A DNA stretch of 20,000 nucleotides, from IMG/VR virus record IMGVR_UViG_3300027608_000025; one strand, given 5' to 3'. Within the stretch, counting starts at the first letter, position 1. Every line of letters starts with the position of its first letter. The notes under the pieces were generated by a model. It was not told the DNA's origin and searched no databases. It was given only the letters and a program-made list of their open reading frames with translations. Below, one piece after another: positions 15,897 through 20,000 of this stretch. The stretch is from an uncultured virus (IMG/VR IMGVR_UViG_3300027608_000025). Lineage: Duplodnaviria; Heunggongvirae; Uroviricota; Caudoviricetes. A program made the position numbers and the translations under genes.

Positions 15897-16874
15897 ATGG
15901 CATCACTCGCAGAAATCCGTGCTAAACTTCAAGAAGCACAATCAAAGTCCACAGGACAATCCACCGGCGGTGGAGACAACGCAATTTACCCACACTGGAA
16001 CATGCAAGAAGGCAAGGAAGCGGTTATCCGTTTGCTACCTGATGGCAATCCCAACAACACATTTTTCTGGGTAGAACGTGCGATGATCAAACTGCCATTC
16101 GCTGGCATCAAAGGTGAGACTGATAGTCGTCCAGTTCAAGTGCAGGTTCCATGCGTGGAAATGTACAACGACGGCACAGCTTGTCCGATCCTCGCAGAAG
16201 TGCGTGGTTGGTTCAAAGACAAAAGTCTTGAAGAAATGGGTCGTAAGTATTGGAAAAAGCGTTCATACATTTTCCAAGGCTTTGTAGTTGAAGATCCAAT
16301 TGGTGAAGACAAGACGCCAGAAAATCCTATCCGTAGATTTATCATTGGTCCTCAGATCTATAATATCATCCGCTCGGCATTGATGGATCCAGAACTAGAT
16401 GAACTGCCAACAGACTTCCTGAAAGGTCTAGACTTCCGTATCGCTAAAACATCCAAAGGCGGATTCGCTGACTACTCAACATCTAAGTGGAGCCGCAGAG
16501 AACGTGCTTTGAGCGATGTTGAAAAAGCAGCCATTGACACTCACGGACTGTTTGATCTCAGCGGGTTCCTTCCTAAGAAGCCTACAGATGTTGAGCTTAA
16601 AGTGATGAAAGAAATGTTTGAAGCGTCAGTGGATGGCGAAGCATATGACATGGATCGCTGGGGACAGTATTTCAAACCAGCAGGTATGGGACAGGCCACT
16701 GGTGATCCTAACAAAGCATCTGCTCGTGCAGCCCCAGTTGATGAAGATGCAGATGACACACCCGCTCCTGTAGTCAAACCTGTAAGTGCTCCTGCAGCAC
16801 CAGCGGCTGCCGCTGAAGGTGCTAGTCGTGCGCAAGATATCCTTGCAATGATTCGCAATCGTCAAAAGCAGTAA
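15897..16874 (+). CDS. Single-stranded DNA-binding protein (T4 gp32-like)
   Basis: AVIRLLP, CPI, RKYWKKRSY, V+EDP..PEN, G.DFRI.K..KGGFADYSTSKW match the gp32 core; strong SD; located upstream of uvsX. Confidence 0.88.
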   Translation: MASLAEIRAKLQEAQSKSTGQSTGGGDNAIYPHWNMQEGKEAVIRLLPDGNPNNTFFWVERAMIKLPFAGIKGETDSRPVQVQVPCVEMYNDGTACPILAEVRGWFKDKSLEEMGRKYWKKRSYIFQGFVVEDPIGEDKTPENPIRRFIIGPQIYNIIRSALMDPELDELPTDFLKGLDFRIAKTSKGGFADYSTSKWSRRERALSDVEKAAIDTHGLFDLSGFLPKKPTDVELKVMKEMFEASVDGEAYDMDRWGQYFKPAGMGQATGDPNKASARAAPVDEDADDTPAPVVKPVSAPAAPAAAAEGASRAQDILAMIRNRQKQ

Positions 16875-16882
16875 TTAACACG

Positions 16883-16918
16883 GCTCGGGCCAATGAGACG
16901 TAGTTCTTATGCCCGAGT
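16883..16918 (+). other. Intergenic stem-loop between gp32 and uvsX
   Basis: GCTCGGGC pairs with GCCCGAGT; inner ATGAGA/TCTTAT stem; followed by the weak tract TCTTCT. Confidence 0.6.
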
Positions 16919-16941
16919 TCTTCTCATCACAGGATAATAAT

Positions 16942-18021
16942 ATGGCAAAAGCATTTGATATTTCTAAATTTAGAAAGTCAATTACTAAGAGCATCGAAGG
17001 ACTTAGTATTGGCTTCAATGATCCAGTAGACTGGATCTCAACCAACAACTTCGCACTGAACTATTTGATCAGTGGAGATTTTTACAAAGGCATTCCCCTG
17101 GGCAAGGTCACTGTGTTTGCTGGCGAGTCAGGTGCAGGCAAGAGTTTTATCTGTGCCGGTAACTTGGTCAAGAACGCACAGGCATCGGGCATATTTCCTA
17201 TATTGATTGACACAGAAAACGCCTTAGATAAAGATTGGCTAGAAGCCTTAGGCGTAGACACTTCAGAAGATAAATTGATGAAGTTGAACATGGCCATGAT
17301 CGATGATGTGGCCAAGACCATCGTGGAGTTCGTAGCAGAATATAAATCCATGGATGAAGCCACACGTCCTAAGATCTTGTTCGTGATAGACAGTCTTGGA
17401 ATGTTACTGACTCCCACGGATGTTAATCAGTTTGAAGCCGGGGATCTCAAAGGTGACATGGGCCGTAAGCCCAAAGCACTTACGGCACTGGTTCGCAACT
17501 GTGTGAACATGTTTGGTAGTCTTAATATCGGTTTGGTGTGTACTAATCATACCTATGCCAGCCAAGACATGTTTGATCCAGATGACAAGATCAGCGGTGG
17601 TCAGGGTTTTATCTACGCCAGTTCAATCGTAGTTGCCATGCGTAAGCTAAAACTCAAAGAAGACGAAGACGGCAACAAGATCTCAGAGGTCAAAGGCATT
17701 CGTGCTGCCTGCAAGGTTATGAAAACACGATATGCTAAACCTTTTGAATCAGTGCAGGTGAAGATTCCTTATGAAACAGGTATGAATCCATATAGTGGAC
17801 TGGTCGACCTGTTCGAAGCCAAAGGCATGCTCAAGAAAGAAGGAAACAGCCTAGTCTATACCACTGCCGATGGCGAGATCATCAAACAGTTCCGCAAGGC
17901 CTGGGAACGCAATGACAATCTCGGTCTCGACAAGGCCATGGCAGATGTATCAAAACACGGTGAAAAATCCATTTCTGAGATAACTACTACAGTTGAACCA
18001 GACTTGGAGGAAGCCGAATGA
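16942..18021 (+). CDS. uvsX: RecA-like recombinase UvsX (359 aa)
   Basis: Walker A GESGAGKS, IDTENA, Walker B FVIDSLG, TNHTY, SGG.G..YASS and KTRY motifs. Start corrected to ATG 16942 (AGGA upstream). Confidence 0.93.
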   Translation: MAKAFDISKFRKSITKSIEGLSIGFNDPVDWISTNNFALNYLISGDFYKGIPLGKVTVFAGESGAGKSFICAGNLVKNAQASGIFPILIDTENALDKDWLEALGVDTSEDKLMKLNMAMIDDVAKTIVEFVAEYKSMDEATRPKILFVIDSLGMLLTPTDVNQFEAGDLKGDMGRKPKALTALVRNCVNMFGSLNIGLVCTNHTYASQDMFDPDDKISGGQGFIYASSIVVAMRKLKLKEDEDGNKISEVKGIRAACKVMKTRYAKPFESVQVKIPYETGMNPYSGLVDLFEAKGMLKKEGNSLVYTTADGEIIKQFRKAWERNDNLGLDKAMADVSKHGEKSISEITTTVEPDLEEAE

Positions 18022-18245
18022 AAGAAGATTTAATCGCCGATATATGGAATGTAGTGATTGGTCATATTCCAGAAAAACAACGAGCTGATGTTGCCGCTGA
18101 TTTTGTTAATACACTATTAGACTACGGTATCAAAGACTCTGTGTTAGAATCACTGCAAGGAGTGGATCCTTATTTAGACGATGCTATCGATTACGCAATC
18201 GATGGTGAGGAAATCGAAGAAGAATACGAAGACGACGAGGAATAA
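18018..18245 (+). CDS. Small, very acidic hypothetical protein (75 aa)
   Basis: SD GGAGG; ATGA overlap with the uvsX stop; C-terminus EEIEEEYEDDEE. Confidence 0.75.
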   Translation: MKEDLIADIWNVVIGHIPEKQRADVAADFVNTLLDYGIKDSVLESLQGVDPYLDDAIDYAIDGEEIEEEYEDDEE

Positions 18246-18701
18246 ATGAATTGGTATGATCGAGTTTCCAAGGATATTTCGAATATTCCTGATGCTGTGG
18301 CCTATTATGAAGCTGAATTAATTTCAGCAAAACAAGATGTCCGTGTAACGGGAAACATCGAGAAAGCCTCTGCGCAGATGCCTGGCATCGTAGAAACTCG
18401 GTTCAATCAACTTCAAGAAATTGAAGGTATTCTAGAATATCTCAATATCGAACTTCGAAGACTGCGTAGTCAACACTTTCGTAAATATCTCGAAAACTAT
18501 CAACGTCAGCTCAGTTCCAGAGACTGTGAAAAGTTTGTGGAAGGTGAAGCTGATGTTGTAGATTTTGAAAAGATCATCAATGACTTTGCTCTGCTACGTA
18601 ACAAATGGCTAGGCATTATCAAAGCCTTAGACATCAAGCAATGGCAGTTGAGTAATATCGTCAAACTTAGAACTGCAGGACTAGAAGACGCTACTCTATG
18701 A
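18246..18701 (+). CDS. uvsY: Recombination mediator, UvsY-like
   Basis: 151-aa helical protein downstream of uvsX, with Y+E.Y...L...D..K++.G+.D and terminal IIKALDIKQWQLSNIVKLRTAG, similar to the UvsY C-terminus. Confidence 0.7.
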   Translation: MNWYDRVSKDISNIPDAVAYYEAELISAKQDVRVTGNIEKASAQMPGIVETRFNQLQEIEGILEYLNIELRRLRSQHFRKYLENYQRQLSSRDCEKFVEGEADVVDFEKIINDFALLRNKWLGIIKALDIKQWQLSNIVKLRTAGLEDATL

Positions 18702-19666
18702 CAATTTTAGTAACTGGTGGCCTAGGATTAATAGGGCACCATGTAGTTAAGAAATTAGAAGATCTCGGTGAACAAGTGGTAATCACTGACACCCGAACCA
18801 ACTACGGTATTATACCTCAGGCCGAAATCGATTATCTAATTTCTCAGAGATTAAAATCAATCACGACCGATAAAATACATCGCATTGACATCAGCGAACG
18901 AGATAGTGTAGAATGGTTGTTCAGGCACTACCGACCTTCAGCAGTGGTACATCTAGCATCATTTCCCCGGCAAAAAGTAGTTAATGCTGATCCTGCGCAA
19001 GGCGCTAAAGTCATGAGCGAAGGACTACTGAACCTATTAGAGGCCAGTGTGAAATATCAATGTCCGAGATTCCTGTATGCCAGTTCTAGCATGGTCTATG
19101 GTGATTTCAAAGATTATGTCAAAGAAGATGCTGTTTGCCGTCCACAAGGTCAGTATGGTATAATGAAATTAGCAGGCGAGTGGTTAGTACGAGATTATCA
19201 ACGTAAAGGAATCGAGCATACTATTTTTAGACCCAGTGCGGTGTATGGTCCATTAGATGTTGAGGACCGCGTGATTTCAAAGTTTCTGCTCACTGCCATG
19301 AGAGGCGGTGTATTAAAGGTAAACGGGATCCACGAAACTCTAGATTTCACCTATGTGGACGATGCAGCCCAGGGCATGGTAAAGGCACTGCTGAGTAAAA
19401 ACACCAAAAACAAAACATACAATATAACCAAAAGCCACAGTAAAACTTTGTATGCAGCCGCACAATTGGCCGTGGAGTTAGTTGGCAATGGCAGCATAGC
19501 CATCGGTGATAAAGATCAAGATTTTCCTAGTCGAGGTGCCTTAGACATTTCTGCTGCACGTCAAGATTTCGGATTTGATCCGAAGATAGATATAGAGGAA
19601 GGTTTCGAACGTTATTATCATTGGTTGAAAAATTCTTCGTACTATCAAGCCAATCTTTTAGATTAG
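18698..19666 (+). CDS. NAD-dependent nucleotide-sugar epimerase/dehydratase (extended SDR)
   Basis: ILVTGGLGLIG Rossmann motif, VVHLA, YASSSMVYG, catalytic YGIMK, R...VYGP and DFTYVDD. Confidence 0.92.
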   Translation: MTILVTGGLGLIGHHVVKKLEDLGEQVVITDTRTNYGIIPQAEIDYLISQRLKSITTDKIHRIDISERDSVEWLFRHYRPSAVVHLASFPRQKVVNADPAQGAKVMSEGLLNLLEASVKYQCPRFLYASSSMVYGDFKDYVKEDAVCRPQGQYGIMKLAGEWLVRDYQRKGIEHTIFRPSAVYGPLDVEDRVISKFLLTAMRGGVLKVNGIHETLDFTYVDDAAQGMVKALLSKNTKNKTYNITKSHSKTLYAAAQLAVELVGNGSIAIGDKDQDFPSRGALDISAARQDFGFDPKIDIEEGFERYYHWLKNSSYYQANLLD

Positions 19667-19682
19667 TCATTATATGTGCAGA

Positions 19683-19688
19683 TAAATA
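19683..19688 (+). promoter_or_regulatory. Late-promoter-like box, 5 nt before the ATG
   Basis: GATAAATA-TCTGC-ATG(19694); no SD. Confidence 0.75.
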
Positions 19689-19693
19689 TCTGC

Positions 19694-20000
19694 ATGAAAA
19701 CCTTAGTACTTGTCACAGGGGGATTCGATCCTCTACACTCCGGGCACATCGCCTACTTTCGTGCAGCAAAGCAACTAGGAGACACACTGGTTGTTGGTGT
19801 TAATTCTGATGCGTGGTTGGTTCGTAAAAAAGGTCGAGCATTTATGCCTTGGAACGAACGCATGAATATCGTCAAAAATATCAAAGACGTAGATTTTGTC
19901 TTGGAATTCAATGATGATGATGGCAGCGCCAAACAGGCAATAAAATTAGCCAGACAAACATGGCCGGATCATAAAATTATATTTGCCAATGGCGGGGACC
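19694..20000 (+). CDS. Cytidylyltransferase-family nucleotidyltransferase (TagD / RfaE domain II-like), 3' truncated by the window; not in the ORF track
   Basis: Manual translation MKTLVLVTGGFDPLHSGHIAYFRAAKQLGDTLVVGVNSDAWLVRKKGRAFMPWNER...IIFANGGD contains the HxGH motif, VGVNSD and ER. Confidence 0.9.
   Translation, partial: MKTLVLVTGGFDPLHSGHIAYFRAAKQLGDTLVVGVNSDAWLVRKKGRAFMPWNERMNIVKNIKDVDFVLEFNDDDGSAKQAIKLARQTWPDHKIIFANGGD

Noticed and set aside
3651..17417. Many 60-143 aa minus-strand ORFs opposite the sheath, terminase, gp32, uvsX and other genes
   Set aside because: They are antisense shadows of well-supported genes, with no SD or promoter box and no recognisable motifs.
12267..18021. 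Inteins or introns in TerL or UvsX
   Set aside because: Both have ordinary lengths (528 and 359 aa), contiguous motifs and no intein splice-junction signatures.
8442..18176. Intragenic TAAATA copies (8442 plus strand, 18171-18176 minus strand)
   Set aside because: Neither is followed by N5-ATG or positioned at a gene start; a 6-mer this AT-rich is expected by chance.
1727..19696. TAAATA as a Bacteroidetes-type translation-initiation signal rather than a promoter
   Set aside because: Other genes here use canonical AGGAG(G) SDs and TTGAC-N17-TANNNT-type promoters, position -3 is not consistently A, and the box also occurs far from the ATG upstream of sheath and gp32. Disfavoured but not formally excluded.
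19621..19803. 60-aa ORF from the track
   Set aside because: It is out of frame with, and overlaps, the clear cytidylyltransferase starting at 19694.
1..20000. Stop-codon reassignment (alternative genetic code)
   Set aside because: Genes are intact in code 11, and TAA, TGA (e.g. 13853, 18021) and TAG (3223, 19666) all end genes at sensible positions.

Overview
This window is 20 kb of a large lytic myovirus genome distantly related to T4. It is densely coding, uses the standard genetic code, and contains no tRNA, CRISPR array or mobile element that I could see. A rearranged morphogenesis block comes first: gp15-like and gp14-like genes on the minus strand divergent from a gp13-like neck gene, a dNMP kinase, a degenerate HNH/Zn-finger gene, an enlarged 1154-aa tail sheath, tail tube, tube-like baseplate protein, gp4-like nuclease, probable small terminase, three hypothetical genes, large terminase and a 622-aa acidic protein. 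A gp32-uvsX-orf-uvsY recombination block and the start of a nucleotide-sugar cluster (NAD-dependent epimerase, cytidylyltransferase) follow. The most striking non-coding signal is a T4-late-promoter-like box, TAAATA, exactly 5 nt upstream of the ATG in seven genes that lack a Shine-Dalgarno (two more genes have near variants). This suggests a late regulon built largely on leaderless mRNAs, while sheath, tube, gp32 and dNMP kinase keep strong SD leaders. Family assignments come from motif recognition by eye; no database search was run.
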